Shown one piece after another: positions 42,177 to 54,358 of a stretch of DNA of 64,000 nucleotides. The stretch covers positions 154,138 through 218,137 of the forward strand of contig CBDCLE010000012.1 of assembly GCA_965218585.1 (NCBI GenBank), read 5' to 3'. How positions within the stretch are numbered: the stretch's first letter is position 1; each line of letters starts with the position of its first letter. The DNA comes from Terriglobia bacterium (GTDB taxonomy: Bacteria; Acidobacteriota; Terriglobia; 20CM-2-55-15). A program made the translations under genes and the position numbers. The notes below the pieces were generated by a model that saw only the letters and a program-made list of their open reading frames with translations, made no database searches and had not been told where the DNA came from.

Positions 42177-43541
42177 TCAACGCCCGCGGACTATCCGAAC
42201 GTCGCCCCGGCGTGTTTCGATCGAAATATCGGGGCCCTGGGAGCCTGTTTCACCAACGATCTGCTGGTTGGGTCCTGACCGGATCGTCTCCATACCTTCA
42301 AACCCGGACTCCACCGAACCCCGGCTCGCCCGGGCATCGAGTGAAAAACTTGAAGCAGCCGGCATTTCAATCCTTACGTCTGCAAAGTCTCCGGTAATGG
42401 AAACATCGTCTCGAGGCGGCTGGGCAAAAGAGACCCGGATATCCCCGTGGCGGTTGTCGATATCTACTGCTCCGAGGGGTCTCTGAACGGCAACGTCGCG
42501 ATATGTGGTTTCAACCTGAACGGCACCGACATCCTCGAGATCGACGGAACTGTTCGTCCCCTCAACTACGACACCACCACCAATGCCCTCTGCCCTGACT
42601 TCAGAAAACCTGTTCTCGACGGTCATGTCCCCTGCGATCTCGACCAGGCGCACCTCGCCAAACTTGTTGTCGACGCTTACATTCCCACTGACACGGCTGA
42701 GATCTACCCTGGCAAACTCGTTCGTCGCACTGACGTCACCTGTGATGTCTTCCACAACGAGAGCTCCGTATCCGTCTTCAACCAGAACATTCCCGGTCAC
42801 GTCTCGCACGGTCGTTCCGCCAAATTTATTCCGGACCGTCTGATTTCCCGTCAACCCTGCAATCTGAACTGTGCCGTACCTGTTATCGACTTCGACTTCG
42901 GACATTGCCGGCACCTGTATGTACAGGCTGGACCTGAATCGGCGGCGGCGGGAACTATCCAGGTCATCACGATTCGAGGCAATCACGTAAACACCGTCCC
43001 GCTGTTCGATCGTGAAGTACATCTCAGGTTCCAGATCCTCGGCTTCTTCCCTGTTGATCGCCCGGATTCGCATCTCGACGTCGACCACGATCGCGTCTTC
43101 TTCGCCCGGTCCGACTTCGACGGCTCCATAGATGTTGTGGATCTCGATTTTCCCGCCGGGTTCCGCGTCACTTTCGATCGTCGAGGAAAACTCGAAACTC
43201 TCGCCCAGGACATCGAACAGATCCAGTTCTTCCCCCAGGATGCCGATAAAGCTCAAGTCTGAACCAATACGTGCAGCAGCTGTGAAGGCGGTACCGGCAA
43301 TAAGTACAAAAACCAGCAATACGACTTCACCGGCAGAGAAAATCGAACGTTTCTCGCCCTGGAGGCGATAGTAATCGACGAGTTTAACCAGTCCCCATCC
43401 GATAATCAGGACGGGCCAATACTGGGATAACCCCTCCCAGATCGGGATGGAGTAACCCATGTTGCGGAGTAACAGGACCGCACCGATGGAGATCAACACA
43501 ACGGACCAAAAGACAGTACCCAGTCCCCCGCGACGTATCAT
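42177..43541 (-). CDS. Membrane-anchored DUF5668 + DUF4097 protein
   Basis: YWPVLIIGWG TM module, then N..G.V repeats. Confidence 0.78.
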   Translation of the reverse strand: MIRRGGLGTVFWSVVLISIGAVLLLRNMGYSIPIWEGLSQYWPVLIIGWGLVKLVDYYRLQGEKRSIFSAGEVVLLVFVLIAGTAFTAAARIGSDLSFIGILGEELDLFDVLGESFEFSSTIESDAEPGGKIEIHNIYGAVEVGPGEEDAIVVDVEMRIRAINREEAEDLEPEMYFTIEQRDGVYVIASNRDDLDSSRRRRFRSSLYIQVPAMSEVEVDNRYGTVQIAGLTGNQTVRNKFGGTTVRDVTGNVLVEDGYGALVVEDITGDVSATNEFARVDLSRVSGNVSVDNKFGEVRLVEIAGDMTVENRFSEVRAEGIGGGVVVEGTNSSVDLEDVGAVQVETTYRDVAVQRPLGAVDIDNRHGDIRVSFAQPPRDDVSITGDFADVRIEMPAASSFSLDARASRGSVESGFEGMETIRSGPNQQIVGETGSQGPDISIETRRGDVRIVRGR

Positions 43542-43780
43542 TGTTTTTCCTCCATTTGCCTTCCCTCCCCTGGGTCAGGATTTCCCGATGGCGCGTCCGG
43601 CAACGACGCCTTTTTGGAAGAGGGCAAAACCGAACGACGTTGGAAATATTCAACGATTTTCACAAGACCAATCACAATAAGAACAATCGGCCACATCCGG
43701 GAGAATCCGAACTCCACCGGGTACAAATTGTTCAACAGGAACAAGACTCCGAGTGTGATCAGCAAGAGTGCACCCAGCAT
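43538..43780 (-). CDS. Small DUF5668/LiaF-like membrane protein
   Basis: LITLGVLFLL...MWPIVLIVIG; coupled to both neighbours. Confidence 0.72.
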   Translation of the reverse strand: MLGALLLITLGVLFLLNNLYPVEFGFSRMWPIVLIVIGLVKIVEYFQRRSVLPSSKKASLPDAPSGNPDPGEGRQMEEKQ

Positions 43781-44424
43781 TACAGGTCATCTCCTTCCGG
43801 CGGCGCCTTCTTCTCGTCCTTCTGTTTCCTGTAGAGCGAAAGGCGCCATACACCGATCGCGATAAGGGCGAGGGGCACCACCTGGCTGAGCTGAAAGATT
43901 CGGAAGTTGTCCAGCAGGAACAGAGCTCCAATGACGACCAGGGCGATTCCTCCCCAGAGTTCCCAGTCTTCGATGCTTGCAATCTGCTCGTGGAATCGGT
44001 CTACAGGGGTACCTTCGAGGCGCAACTTTCTCTTTTTCGCCGTGTAATAGGCTTCAAACGGCATGTACATGTAGAACCCGAACACGAGCAAGCCGAACAT
44101 GGGCTCCAGTACGCCACCCAGATCGCTCAAACTGATCAGGAGGCCGAAAATTACTATATGAATCGCCGCCTTGAAGAACTCGCCGTTATAGATCGCGCCT
44201 ACTCCTGGTATCAATCCCAGCGCAAACGCAACGCCCAGACTTTCACCTCCTGCACCCGATTGCGTGGATGATTTTCCGGTGCTCGACCCGCGGGCCATAT
44301 CGGCCAGGCACGTTTCGCAATACACACTTCCCTGGACATCACGACGACAGTTCCCGCACAAGGCTCGTCCACACGTCACACAGAAAGCGACACTTTCGAC
44401 ATCAACGTGATAAGCGCACTTCAT
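43780..44424 (-). CDS. B-box-like zinc finger membrane protein
   Basis: CAYH...CVTCGRALCGNC...YCETC, IPGVGAIYNG. Confidence 0.75.
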   Translation of the reverse strand: MKCAYHVDVESVAFCVTCGRALCGNCRRDVQGSVYCETCLADMARGSSTGKSSTQSGAGGESLGVAFALGLIPGVGAIYNGEFFKAAIHIVIFGLLISLSDLGGVLEPMFGLLVFGFYMYMPFEAYYTAKKRKLRLEGTPVDRFHEQIASIEDWELWGGIALVVIGALFLLDNFRIFQLSQVVPLALIAIGVWRLSLYRKQKDEKKAPPEGDDL

Positions 44425-44924
44425 CCGGAATTCTCCCTGAACTGTTCGATACGGGATTGAATTTCCTCTAGCAGAGGTGCCTGATAGTAGAGTCGTACCG
44501 CCCGGTCATAGGCATCGCCGACAAGGTTGTCGACACTGTAGTAGATCGCCTGCGGATCTCTGAGCTGAGACGGTTCAACAGAAACGCCCATAACGTTCAT
44601 CATCCAGCCCAACATAACCGACGCCGTAAAAACAGCTGTCGCCGTGCGTGTATCGAGGATCCACCGACCGATCCCGCCCACAGTGTTCCACCAGGTCTCT
44701 CGCTCGATTCGCGGCGTGTTCGCAATAATTCGAGTGGCCAGCCACTCTGGCGGAGAAAATCGAACAAACTCGTGTCCCCACTGACGAACTGCTTCCATTC
44801 CTTCCCGTAGCTCCAGACATGCAGCACACGATGAAAGATGGGCCTCCAACCTAGCGATCCCCGATGCGCCGAGCTCACCGTCCAGGTATTCGGAAATCTG
44901 AGACTCTGCTTCGGTACAATTCAT
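44421..44924 (-). CDS. zf-HC2 anti-sigma factor
   Basis: MNC...ISEYLDGEL...HLSSCAAC, one TM. Confidence 0.85.
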   Translation of the reverse strand: MNCTEAESQISEYLDGELGASGIARLEAHLSSCAACLELREGMEAVRQWGHEFVRFSPPEWLATRIIANTPRIERETWWNTVGGIGRWILDTRTATAVFTASVMLGWMMNVMGVSVEPSQLRDPQAIYYSVDNLVGDAYDRAVRLYYQAPLLEEIQSRIEQFRENSG

Positions 44925-45492
44925 ATTGAGTCCGGCAAACGCTTTATGATTCGAGCCAATTCGGCCCGGCCGCGGCTGATTCTGGATTTGACAGTTCCCA
45001 ACGGAACACCAAGGATCTCAGTCACCTCTTCGTAGGTCAACTCTTCCAAATCGCGGAGAATGACAGCCTCCCGAAGGTCCTCACCCATCTGAAGCAATGC
45101 GCGGTGAATCATTTCTGAACGCTCCTGCCTCTCCATGGACTCGGCAGGACTGGCGTAACGCGTCGGATTTTCCTCGATTCGTTCATACCGATCGTCCAGG
45201 GAATCTGTCTTGGATCGCTCCGTCTTGGACTGGCGATAACGGTCGATGATGTGGTTCCGACCGACCCTCATGAGCCACCCCACCAGCGCTCCCGACCCCA
45301 CCCGGTAAGCACCCAGACCCCGATAGACCTTCATAAAGATCTCTTGGGTCAGATCTTCGGCTTCGTCGAACCTTCCCGTATACCGGTATGGAGGTTGTAG
45401 ACGCGCCCATGGTGCTCTCGGACGAGGGTGTCCCATGCTCCCTGTTCGCCAGCCAGACAGCGCTTCACCAGTTCGGCGTCGCCTTGCTCCAA
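44921..45492 (-). CDS. ECF sigma factor; 1-bp frameshift at ~45390
   Basis: TTG start gives LEQGDAELVKRCLAGEQGAWDTLVREHHGRVYNL, then shifts into YRYTGRFDEAEDLTQEIF...GTVKSRISRGR. Confidence 0.85.
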
Positions 45493-45527
45493 TCTTCACG
45501 GCCTCGCTCCAGCGTTCACTACAGAGA

Positions 45528-45552
45528 AACGCGATTACGCACAGAAAAGTTG
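45528..45552 (-). promoter_or_regulatory. Putative autoregulatory ECF promoter
   Basis: Minus strand CAAC-N17-CGTT. Confidence 0.5.
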
Positions 45553-45589
45553 CATAGCAGGTTCATCTTTTCTGCGATAATTTCCCCAT

Positions 45590-46564
45590 ATGCGCCGGAA
45601 ACTATTGTTTTTCTTAGGCTTCACGGCTCTTCTAACCGCAGCTATCCTGTTGTTCCAAAGAGATTTCGACTCCGAACTCTTCTTTGAAAGCTTTCGAAAC
45701 GTCCGAGGGGGCTGGCTACTGGCTTCGGTAGCCGCCACATTCGTCTCCTACGCGATCCGGGCGCTCAGGTGGCAGATATTACTGAAATCCTTGAAGCTCA
45801 TTCCATTAGGATCGCTCGTCGGCGCTACCCTGTTGGGGTTCAGTGCCATTTATGCGCTTGGGCGCGCCGGTGAATTCGTTCGGCCGGTCTGGATCGCGCG
45901 CAAGGAAGAAATCTCTACAACGGGATCGTTCGCCGCCATTTTATTGGAGCGCGTCTTTGATCTGCTAATGCTTCTTTTGCTATTCGCGCTCAGCCTCGCC
46001 GTTGTCCGACTCCCAATCGGAGCAGAGGAGGCAGTGACACTGTTGTCACAAGCTGCATGGGTACTATTCGGGATAGCCGCGTCGGCCCTGGGAGCCTCGA
46101 TTCTGTTCGAGAAGTACGTTCCCGCTGTTGCAGGCAAACTCACCGAGGGACGAATTCGAAGGTTGCTGTTGACCTTCGGAGAGGGCCTGGCAGCGACTTC
46201 GAACCTTCGAAATCTGGGACTCGTTACTGGATACTCGCTCCTGATGTGGTTGGGGCTTGCGCTACAATCCTGGGTGATGCTTGTGGGACTGGGCTTCGAC
46301 ATGACGATAGTGGCTGCGACGCTCATAATGGTGGGATCGGCACTGGGTTCCATCGCCCAGGTCCCGGGGATCGGTGGAGGGTTCCAGGCAGGCTTCGTAT
46401 TTTGCCTGACCGGTCTGTTCTCCATACCGCTAGAAACAGCTATTGCGGCATCGTTGGTAGCATGGATCTTGAACTACGCACCGACGATAGTCGTAGCGGC
46501 GGTCTACATGGTTTGGAAAGACATCTCGACACACGAGTTGGTTGCCCAGGAACCTAGCGTATGA
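45590..46564 (+). CDS. Lysylphosphatidylglycerol synthase TM-domain (flippase-like) protein
   Basis: RALRW, RAGEFVR, ERVFD, PGIGG. Confidence 0.82.
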   Translation: MRRKLLFFLGFTALLTAAILLFQRDFDSELFFESFRNVRGGWLLASVAATFVSYAIRALRWQILLKSLKLIPLGSLVGATLLGFSAIYALGRAGEFVRPVWIARKEEISTTGSFAAILLERVFDLLMLLLLFALSLAVVRLPIGAEEAVTLLSQAAWVLFGIAASALGASILFEKYVPAVAGKLTEGRIRRLLLTFGEGLAATSNLRNLGLVTGYSLLMWLGLALQSWVMLVGLGFDMTIVAATLIMVGSALGSIAQVPGIGGGFQAGFVFCLTGLFSIPLETAIAASLVAWILNYAPTIVVAAVYMVWKDISTHELVAQEPSV

Positions 46565-47019
46565 AATGTCCATTTTGTGGCCACCTTCGCGACAAGGTTG
46601 TCGATTCACGCGAAAGTAAAGAAGGTGAAGCGATCCGGCGGAGGCGCCAGTGCCTCGGATGCAATCGACGCTTCACGAGCTACGAGCGGATCGACGAAAT
46701 CCCGTACATGGTCGTCAAGAAAGACGGACGGCGCGAGCGTTTCGAGCGCCAAAAAGTACTGTCCGGACTGCTCCGCGCCTCGGAGCGGCGCCCCGTTTCG
46801 ATGATCCAGCTGGAAGCGATCGCTGACAAGGCCGAGCTCCTGGCTCAGGAGTCTCCGGTACGGGAGGTTTCCACCGAAGCCATTGGCGCATCGATCATGG
46901 CAGAACTGAAAAACCTGGACAAAGTGGCGTACGTCCGGTTTGCGTCTGTGTATCTGGATTTCAAAGACGTGCAGGAATTCATGGCCGAACTCGAAGACCT
47001 CCTCAAGGGCCGGGAATAA
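46561..47019 (+). CDS. nrdR: Transcriptional repressor NrdR
   Basis: MKCPFC...KVVDSR...IRRRRQC, DKVAYVRFASVY. Confidence 0.97.
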   Translation: MKCPFCGHLRDKVVDSRESKEGEAIRRRRQCLGCNRRFTSYERIDEIPYMVVKKDGRRERFERQKVLSGLLRASERRPVSMIQLEAIADKAELLAQESPVREVSTEAIGASIMAELKNLDKVAYVRFASVYLDFKDVQEFMAELEDLLKGRE

Positions 47020-47390
47020 TGGCTTACTTTGATTTCGAGCCTGAAGAACGGCTTCATTCCACGTGGACTCCAATCATCGATGTATACGAACGCCCCACGG
47101 AGATTATCGTCAGGGTGGAGCTGCCCGGTGTGGAGAAGTCTGACGTCCGCCTCCGCTGGAGGAACAGTGTCTTAGAAATTACGGGAATCAAACGGCACCA
47201 GCCATATGAACAGGAAAGCTCCCGGTATCTGTGTGTCGAACGGCAACATGGCACATTCCGGCGGGACATCGCCATTTCTACCGCCATCGATTTCGAGGAA
47301 TCAACGGCGGAGCTCCGGAACGGGCTGCTACGGATCAGTCTCCCAAAGATTGTCGACCGGGCTGAAGATTCGTTCATACCCATCGACTAA
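47019..47390 (+). CDS. Hsp20/alpha-crystallin protein
   Basis: IDVYE, VELPGV, ERQHGTFRR, AELRNGLLRISLPK. Confidence 0.9.
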   Translation: MAYFDFEPEERLHSTWTPIIDVYERPTEIIVRVELPGVEKSDVRLRWRNSVLEITGIKRHQPYEQESSRYLCVERQHGTFRRDIAISTAIDFEESTAELRNGLLRISLPKIVDRAEDSFIPID

Positions 47391-47419
47391 ACGGCAGTAA
47401 TCATCGGAAAGTATCGAGC

Positions 47420-49894
47420 GTGACAAACGACGACTCCATGGAAATACTGAAAGACGAACGAGCTGACGATATTCAGGAAGAGCAGCAGGTAACGATCCCG
47501 GAAATACTACCGGTCCTGCCCCTGCCCGACACTGTGGTTTTTCCCTACATGATCGTTCCTTTGTTCGTAAACCGGGAACAGTCCGTTCAGGCCGTCGATC
47601 AGTCTCTGGCCGAAAACAGAATGATCCTGGTTGTGTCCCAGAAAGAGTCTGAAATCGACGAGCCCGAACCGGGAGACCTCTACCCAGTCGGAACGGTCGC
47701 ATTGATCATGCGCATGCTGAAACTCCCCGATGGCCGTGTACGCATTCTGGTCCAGGGATTTGCCCGTGCGACGGTTGAATATCTGCCGGAGACAGCACCG
47801 TTCATTAAAGCCCGCGTCTTCCCCGAACTCGAAACTGGCCCGAAGTCCGATGCGTTGGAACTGGAAGCTCTCGTGCGAAGCGTGAAGTCTTCCCTGGAAC
47901 AGGTGATCTCCCTGGGCAAAAGCGTTTCTCAGGACATCGCCGTCATAGCGGCAAACCTTGAAGACCCCGGACGACTTGCCGATCTGATCGCGTCCAACAT
48001 GGACCTGAAGACGGAAGTCGCACAGGAAATACTGGAAGTCATAGATCCGTTCCTGAGACTCGCGGCAGTCAACCAGCTACTGGCTAAGGAGATTGAAGTA
48101 CTCCAGATCCAACACGACATCAGTACTCAGGCAAAAGGCGAAATCGACAGAACGCAACGAGAGTACTACCTGCGCCAGCAGATGAAGGCCATCCAGCAGG
48201 AACTGGGTGAAGGTAACGAACTCTTCGAAGAAGTTGAGCAATACCGCGAGAAAATCCGTGAGTGCGGCATGCCCACCGAAGCTGCAGAGGAAGCGGAACG
48301 ACAGGTCGGGCGCTTGGAACGGATGCATCCGGACGCGGCCGAAACCGCCACCCTGAGAAATTATCTGGATTCCATTGTCAGCCTGCCGTGGTCCAACGCG
48401 ACAGAGGACAACCTGAATCTTCGAAAAGCACAAAAGATTCTCGACGAAGACCATTACGGACTGAAGAAGATAAAGGAACGGATCATCGAACACCTGGCAG
48501 TGCGAAAGCTAAAGGAGAAAACTCGAGGACCGATCCTCTGCTTCGTCGGCCCTCCAGGAGTCGGTAAGACTTCGCTGGGTCGTTCTATCGCACGCGCTCT
48601 GGGCCGTGAATTCGTCAGGATCAGCCTGGGCGGCGTACACGATGAAGCAGAAATCCGTGGTCACCGGCGCACATACGTGGGTGCTATGCCAGGCCGGATC
48701 ATTCAAAACATCCAACAGGCCGGCACGAACAATCCTGTCTTTATGATGGACGAAGTCGACAAAATTGGCGCCGATTTCAGAGGTGATCCGTCCTCAGCGC
48801 TTCTGGAAGTCCTTGACCCGGAGCAGAACTACGCATTCCGTGACAATTATCTGACCGTCCCGTTTGACCTGTCTAACGTCATGTTCATTACAACGGCGAA
48901 CATGCTCGACACGATTCAGCCCGCCTTCCGCGACCGAATGGAGGTCATCGCTCTTGGTGGGTATACGGAAGAAGAAAAGGTGTCCATCGCCCAGAGGCAT
49001 CTGATTCCCAAACAGCTCGAGCAGCACGGCCTGACGTCAAAGCACGTGGAGTTCACCGAACCCGCACTCCGGTTGGTCATCAGCGGTTACACGAAGGAAG
49101 CCGGACTGCGCAACCTCGAACGAGAAATCGCCGGGATCTGCCGCAAGATCGCCCGGCAGGCCGCGATGGGCAAGACAAAAAAGCGACGCCTCGCTGCACG
49201 GGACGTCGACCAGTATCTGGGACGTCCCAAAGTGTTTCGCGATGAACTGCTCAAGAAAGACGTCGTCGGAGTTGCGACCGGGCTGGCATGGACTCCCGTC
49301 GGTGGAGATATCCTGTTTGTCGAGGCGACGTCTATGAAAGGCAAGGAGACGCTTACGATCACCGGCCAGTTGGGAGACGTCATGCGGGAGTCCGCCCAGG
49401 CCGCGATGAGCTACGCCCGTTCCAGGGCACGCACCTATGGCATCGATGAAGACTTCTTCGCGTCACATGACATCCATGTTCATGTTCCGGAGGGTTCGAT
49501 ACCGAAGGACGGGCCGAGCGCGGGAGTCACAATGGCAACCGCAATAATGTCCCTGCTGTCGGATCGGCCGGTTCATCGAAATATGGCCATGACCGGGGAA
49601 ATCACGCTGCGGGGAGAAGTCCTTCCGGTCGGCGGAATCAAAGAAAAAGTTCTGGCCGCCATGCGAGCCGGTCTTCGCACGGTCATACTTCCCAAACTCA
49701 ACGAGCGGGATCTGGAAGACATCAACAAAGACTTGAGAAGCTCCATGAACTTTATCTTCGTGGAAGACGTTAGCGAGGTTCTCGCCCAGGCCATAGTCGG
49801 CGAACAGGGAAAGAAGTCCTCACGGAGGGCGAAAGCCAGACCGCGACGAACCAAGAAGGCCTTGAGCAAGCAGAGCCCACGTGCGAGCAAATAG
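47420..49894 (+). CDS. lon: Endopeptidase La
   Basis: [24 protein letters not shown]. Confidence 0.97.
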   Translation: MTNDDSMEILKDERADDIQEEQQVTIPEILPVLPLPDTVVFPYMIVPLFVNREQSVQAVDQSLAENRMILVVSQKESEIDEPEPGDLYPVGTVALIMRMLKLPDGRVRILVQGFARATVEYLPETAPFIKARVFPELETGPKSDALELEALVRSVKSSLEQVISLGKSVSQDIAVIAANLEDPGRLADLIASNMDLKTEVAQEILEVIDPFLRLAAVNQLLAKEIEVLQIQHDISTQAKGEIDRTQREYYLRQQMKAIQQELGEGNELFEEVEQYREKIRECGMPTEAAEEAERQVGRLERMHPDAAETATLRNYLDSIVSLPWSNATEDNLNLRKAQKILDEDHYGLKKIKERIIEHLAVRKLKEKTRGPILCFVGPPGVGKTSLGRSIARALGREFVRISLGGVHDEAEIRGHRRTYVGAMPGRIIQNIQQAGTNNPVFMMDEVDKIGADFRGDPSSALLEVLDPEQNYAFRDNYLTVPFDLSNVMFITTANMLDTIQPAFRDRMEVIALGGYTEEEKVSIAQRHLIPKQLEQHGLTSKHVEFTEPALRLVISGYTKEAGLRNLEREIAGICRKIARQAAMGKTKKRRLAARDVDQYLGRPKVFRDELLKKDVVGVATGLAWTPVGGDILFVEATSMKGKETLTITGQLGDVMRESAQAAMSYARSRARTYGIDEDFFASHDIHVHVPEGSIPKDGPSAGVTMATAIMSLLSDRPVHRNMAMTGEITLRGEVLPVGGIKEKVLAAMRAGLRTVILPKLNERDLEDINKDLRSSMNFIFVEDVSEVLAQAIVGEQGKKSSRRAKARPRRTKKALSKQSPRASK

Positions 49895-49961
49895 CTGTCA
49901 GCTGTCAGCACACTATCGAAAATAGCTGATCGCTGAGGTCCCCGGGCCGAGGGCTGATAGC
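49894..49961. repeat. GCTGTCA/GCTGA-type short intergenic repeat cluster
   Basis: gctgtcagctgtcagc ... gctgatcgctga ... gctgatagct. Confidence 0.5.
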
Positions 49962-49978
49962 TTCTTCCTAAGATTTCA

Positions 49979-50896
49979 GTGTTCACCGAAAAACAGCTCA
50001 TCGAACGCATCAGGCAGCGGTTTTCCACTTTATCCGCACCAGTAGGAATCGGAGACGATGCTGCGGTCGTGGATATGCCTGCCGACTCGTCAACCGTCCT
50101 GTGTGCCGACATGTTGGTCGAGGGGACACACTTCCGTCGCTCGACTCATCCGGCAGATTCTCTGGGCTTCAAAGCGATAGCGATCAACGTGAGCGACATA
50201 GGGGCGATGGGAGCCGTACCCGCTTTCGCCATGCTTTCGCTCGCCGTTCCTACTGATCTGGACGGGCAATGGACTGAGGACTTCTTCGACGGTATCGCCC
50301 GAGCCTGTCAGGACTTCGAAATTCAACTGGTGGGCGGCGACTCGTCGGTGGCCGCTGCAGTTTTCATAGACGTGTCCGTTATCGGATATATCGGGCCAGG
50401 ACGAGCCATCGCCCGTGGGGGTGCGCAGCCGGGTGATGGAATCTTCGTGACCGGGTCCCTGGGCGGCTCGGCCCGGGGTCTCGCTCTCCTGGAAACAGGC
50501 GGTCCGGTTCAAGACGATGCGATCCATCGACACCTTTATCCCGCGCCCCGACACCGAATCGGTCAGGCGCTCGGTCCCGCCGCAACCTCCATGATCGACA
50601 TAAGCGACGGATTCTCCGTCGACTTGACTCACATCCTCGAAGAATCGGGCGTTTCCGCCCGAATCGAGCAACAACGAATCCCGTGCTACCCGGGAACTGA
50701 CATCAATCTGGCTCTACATGGGGGGGAAGATTACGAGCTTATCGTGACCGGGACCGACATCCCCCCTCGTTTTGAAGACACTCCCCTCACCGAGGTGGGT
50801 CAGATAATCGAGTCCGGCGGAACGCATCAGATTCACCTCATCACGGACTCGGGTGAAGAGATCCTATCTCCCGGGGGCTGGCAGCACTTTGCTTGA
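49979..50896 (+). CDS. thiL: Thiamine-monophosphate kinase
   Basis: [39 protein letters not shown]. Confidence 0.95.
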   Translation: MFTEKQLIERIRQRFSTLSAPVGIGDDAAVVDMPADSSTVLCADMLVEGTHFRRSTHPADSLGFKAIAINVSDIGAMGAVPAFAMLSLAVPTDLDGQWTEDFFDGIARACQDFEIQLVGGDSSVAAAVFIDVSVIGYIGPGRAIARGGAQPGDGIFVTGSLGGSARGLALLETGGPVQDDAIHRHLYPAPRHRIGQALGPAATSMIDISDGFSVDLTHILEESGVSARIEQQRIPCYPGTDINLALHGGEDYELIVTGTDIPPRFEDTPLTEVGQIIESGGTHQIHLITDSGEEILSPGGWQHFA

Positions 50897-50917
50897 AAGA
50901 CATGCTATGCTCAACCC

Positions 50918-51460
50918 ATGTCGAACCCGGATCTCCTGAATCAGGCGGACAGCATTCTTCGCCCCGTTCTTCGTAAGCTGAGCGGGCTTTCCTGGCTGGA
51001 AGTGACCGGTTGTTGTGCGGGACACCAGCCTGAAGATTGCGTTTGGTTCGAACTCGACCTGCGTGGAACATCCGGGATAGGCCGCATGATGGGACTACTG
51101 CGGGTTCTCGACCTAAAGCTGGCAGATACAGATTGCCGCACCGACTGTCTAGTGAACTATAGAGAGGACTCCGATGCACCGCAGTCTCCACACGGATGGT
51201 TTTCTCTGACGGCAGAAATTTTCTGGCCCGCCAAGGATGATTGGCGTCGGGGTCAGGCGCTGATCGTCGAATCGTTGCTTTCATCCGTCGAGGACTTTGG
51301 AGACAAAATCGACGCCGAGTTCGAATCTGAAGGCGCCATCACCTACTGCCCTTTTTGTTCTTCGTCTTTCGTTCGCCTGGAAAGCCTAGAGGCGTCGGGA
51401 CACCGCTATCGCTGTGGCGACTGCGAATCGTCCTGGACGATGATCGAACCCAAGCTCTAG
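50918..51460 (+). CDS. Hypothetical Cys-rich protein (TGCCAGH motif, C-terminal zinc ribbon)
   Basis: CPFC...CGDC; fills the gap between thiL and mtnP. Confidence 0.65.
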   Translation: MSNPDLLNQADSILRPVLRKLSGLSWLEVTGCCAGHQPEDCVWFELDLRGTSGIGRMMGLLRVLDLKLADTDCRTDCLVNYREDSDAPQSPHGWFSLTAEIFWPAKDDWRRGQALIVESLLSSVEDFGDKIDAEFESEGAITYCPFCSSSFVRLESLEASGHRYRCGDCESSWTMIEPKL

Positions 51461-51510
51461 TGGCCACTAGATAGACCAGCCAGCCAGTGCCCTAATAGAA
51501 TTCTTCGAAT

Positions 51511-52374
<864 letters not shown>

Positions 52375-52386
52375 TCACGCTCGAAT

Positions 52387-53343
52387 TTGTCTGTCTTCCT
52401 CACCAACGACCTCAGCTTACGTTCGGGATGGCGTTGCCTGATCTACACGATTGTATTTGCGATGACCCTGCTGGCCAACGGCGCTTTGATCTCCTTCGTA
52501 TTCGTAGACCCCGCAATAGCTGAAAACGACGTCGCGCTGTTGGGTATCAACGCTTGGGCGCTGTTGGTGCCGGCCGCAGTTGCTCTGTTGTTCATGATCC
52601 GATTCGTGGACCACGTTCCGTTGATTACGTTTGGCGTGGGATTTCACGAACGATGGGCCAGAGATCTCGGATACGGGCTCTCGGTCGCCGTACTGATGCT
52701 CGTTTTCTACGACACCTTTAGCGTCCTGCTGGGCGAGGTTCGAATCGAAGCAGCGATTCACAATGCCGAATTCTGGACACCGTGGATCCTCACGATACTC
52801 ATTCTGGCTGTGTCCGCCGCGAATGAAGAACTCCTCTTCAGGGGTTATCCGTTTCAGGTTCTCATGGTGGCGATCGGCCCATGGCCGGCCATGATTCTCA
52901 TGTCCGGGCTGTTTGGACTCGGTCACGCTCTAAATCCCAGCGCGACCTCGCTCGGGACGCTCAATACTTTCCTAGCGGGTATACTGCTGTGTTTGGCGTA
53001 CGTTCGGACGAGATCCCTTTGGTTCCCTTACGGAATCCACATCGGCTGGAATCTGGCGATCGGACCGATTTTCGGTTTCTCTGTTTCAGGGATCACGATG
53101 GAATCGTACTGGATCAGCGCGAGTCGCGGCCCGGAATGGCTGATGGGCGGTGCCTACGGTCCTGAAGGCGGAGTTCTGGGAACCGGCGTAATGCTTACAG
53201 CGATCCTGGCCGTTCTCCTCACGGGAAAAGTGGGTGTCAGCCCGGAACTCGAAGCCGTCCTCGACGAGCACGCAGATAAGATTTACGCACGAACTCCGCT
53301 GGGAACCGCTTATGCCGGGAGTTCAAAGGGTCAACTACCCTGA
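52387..53343 (+). CDS. CPBP (CAAX) intramembrane metalloprotease
   Basis: EELLFRGY, FGLGH, IHIGWN, GGAYGPEG. Confidence 0.9.
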   Translation: MSVFLTNDLSLRSGWRCLIYTIVFAMTLLANGALISFVFVDPAIAENDVALLGINAWALLVPAAVALLFMIRFVDHVPLITFGVGFHERWARDLGYGLSVAVLMLVFYDTFSVLLGEVRIEAAIHNAEFWTPWILTILILAVSAANEELLFRGYPFQVLMVAIGPWPAMILMSGLFGLGHALNPSATSLGTLNTFLAGILLCLAYVRTRSLWFPYGIHIGWNLAIGPIFGFSVSGITMESYWISASRGPEWLMGGAYGPEGGVLGTGVMLTAILAVLLTGKVGVSPELEAVLDEHADKIYARTPLGTAYAGSSKGQLP

Positions 53344-53389
53344 GACTACACTGTAAGCTATCATCTGCTTTTGTCTTTGGAGGCTCTTG

Positions 53390-54301
53390 ATGTCATCGAT
53401 ATTGGTAGTGGGTTCGGTTGCTCTCGACTCGGTCAAAACGCCGTTCGGAGAGGCCGATGATGTTCTGGGTGGTTCTGCGACATACTTCTCTGTTGCCGCC
53501 AGTTTCTTTTCCCAGGTCCGGGTCGTTGCGGTCGTGGGCTCGGATTTCACCGATGAGATTGCAGCACCGTTCAAACGTCACAATATCGATACGTCGGGTC
53601 TCGTGAGGGCCGAAGGATCGACCTTTCGTTGGAAGGGAGAATACGGGTTCGATCTGAACGAAGCACACACACTCGACACTCAACTCAACGTGTTCGAGAC
53701 GTTCAAGCCGGACATTCCGGATTCGTACAGGAAATCGGAATATGTGTTTCTTGGAAACATAGATCCGGAGCTACAGCTTCAGGTTCTTGATCAGATCGAG
53801 CAACCGAAGGTCGTTGCCTGCGACACGATGAATTTCTGGATCGATGGAAAGCTCGACGCTTTGAAGAAGACGCTCCGAAGGGTCGATATCCTGGTTATCA
53901 ATGACGGTGAAACGCGCATGTTGGCAGACGAAGCCAACCTTGTCCGGGCCGCGAACAAGATTCGCGCCATGGGGCCGCGCATTCTGATCGTCAAACGCGG
54001 CGAATACGGGGTGCTGATGTTCAACGAGGATTCGGTCTTTGGAGCCCCCGCGTTCCCATTGGAAAAGGTCTATGACCCGACCGGTGCCGGCGATTCCTTC
54101 GCAGGAGGGTTCATGGGACATCTGGCGCAGTCCGGAGGCCTCGATGACGGCAATTTTCGCCGGTCTATCATTTACGGATCCGTCATGGCGTCATTCAACG
54201 TTGAAGAGTTCAGCCTCGACGGACTGGGACGACTCACCAAGACCGACGTCGATGGACGGTTCCAACAATTCAAGAACCTGACCCATTTCGAATCGCTCTA
54301 G
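53390..54301 (+). CDS. PfkB-family carbohydrate/nucleoside kinase
   Basis: GSVALD, GGSATY, DPTGAGDSFAGG. Confidence 0.9.
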   Translation: MSSILVVGSVALDSVKTPFGEADDVLGGSATYFSVAASFFSQVRVVAVVGSDFTDEIAAPFKRHNIDTSGLVRAEGSTFRWKGEYGFDLNEAHTLDTQLNVFETFKPDIPDSYRKSEYVFLGNIDPELQLQVLDQIEQPKVVACDTMNFWIDGKLDALKKTLRRVDILVINDGETRMLADEANLVRAANKIRAMGPRILIVKRGEYGVLMFNEDSVFGAPAFPLEKVYDPTGAGDSFAGGFMGHLAQSGGLDDGNFRRSIIYGSVMASFNVEEFSLDGLGRLTKTDVDGRFQQFKNLTHFESL

Positions 54302-54358
54302 ACAAGACGCGGACATCGGACCCGAACAAACCCCCGAAGAGGAAGTGGAATAGAGAAC

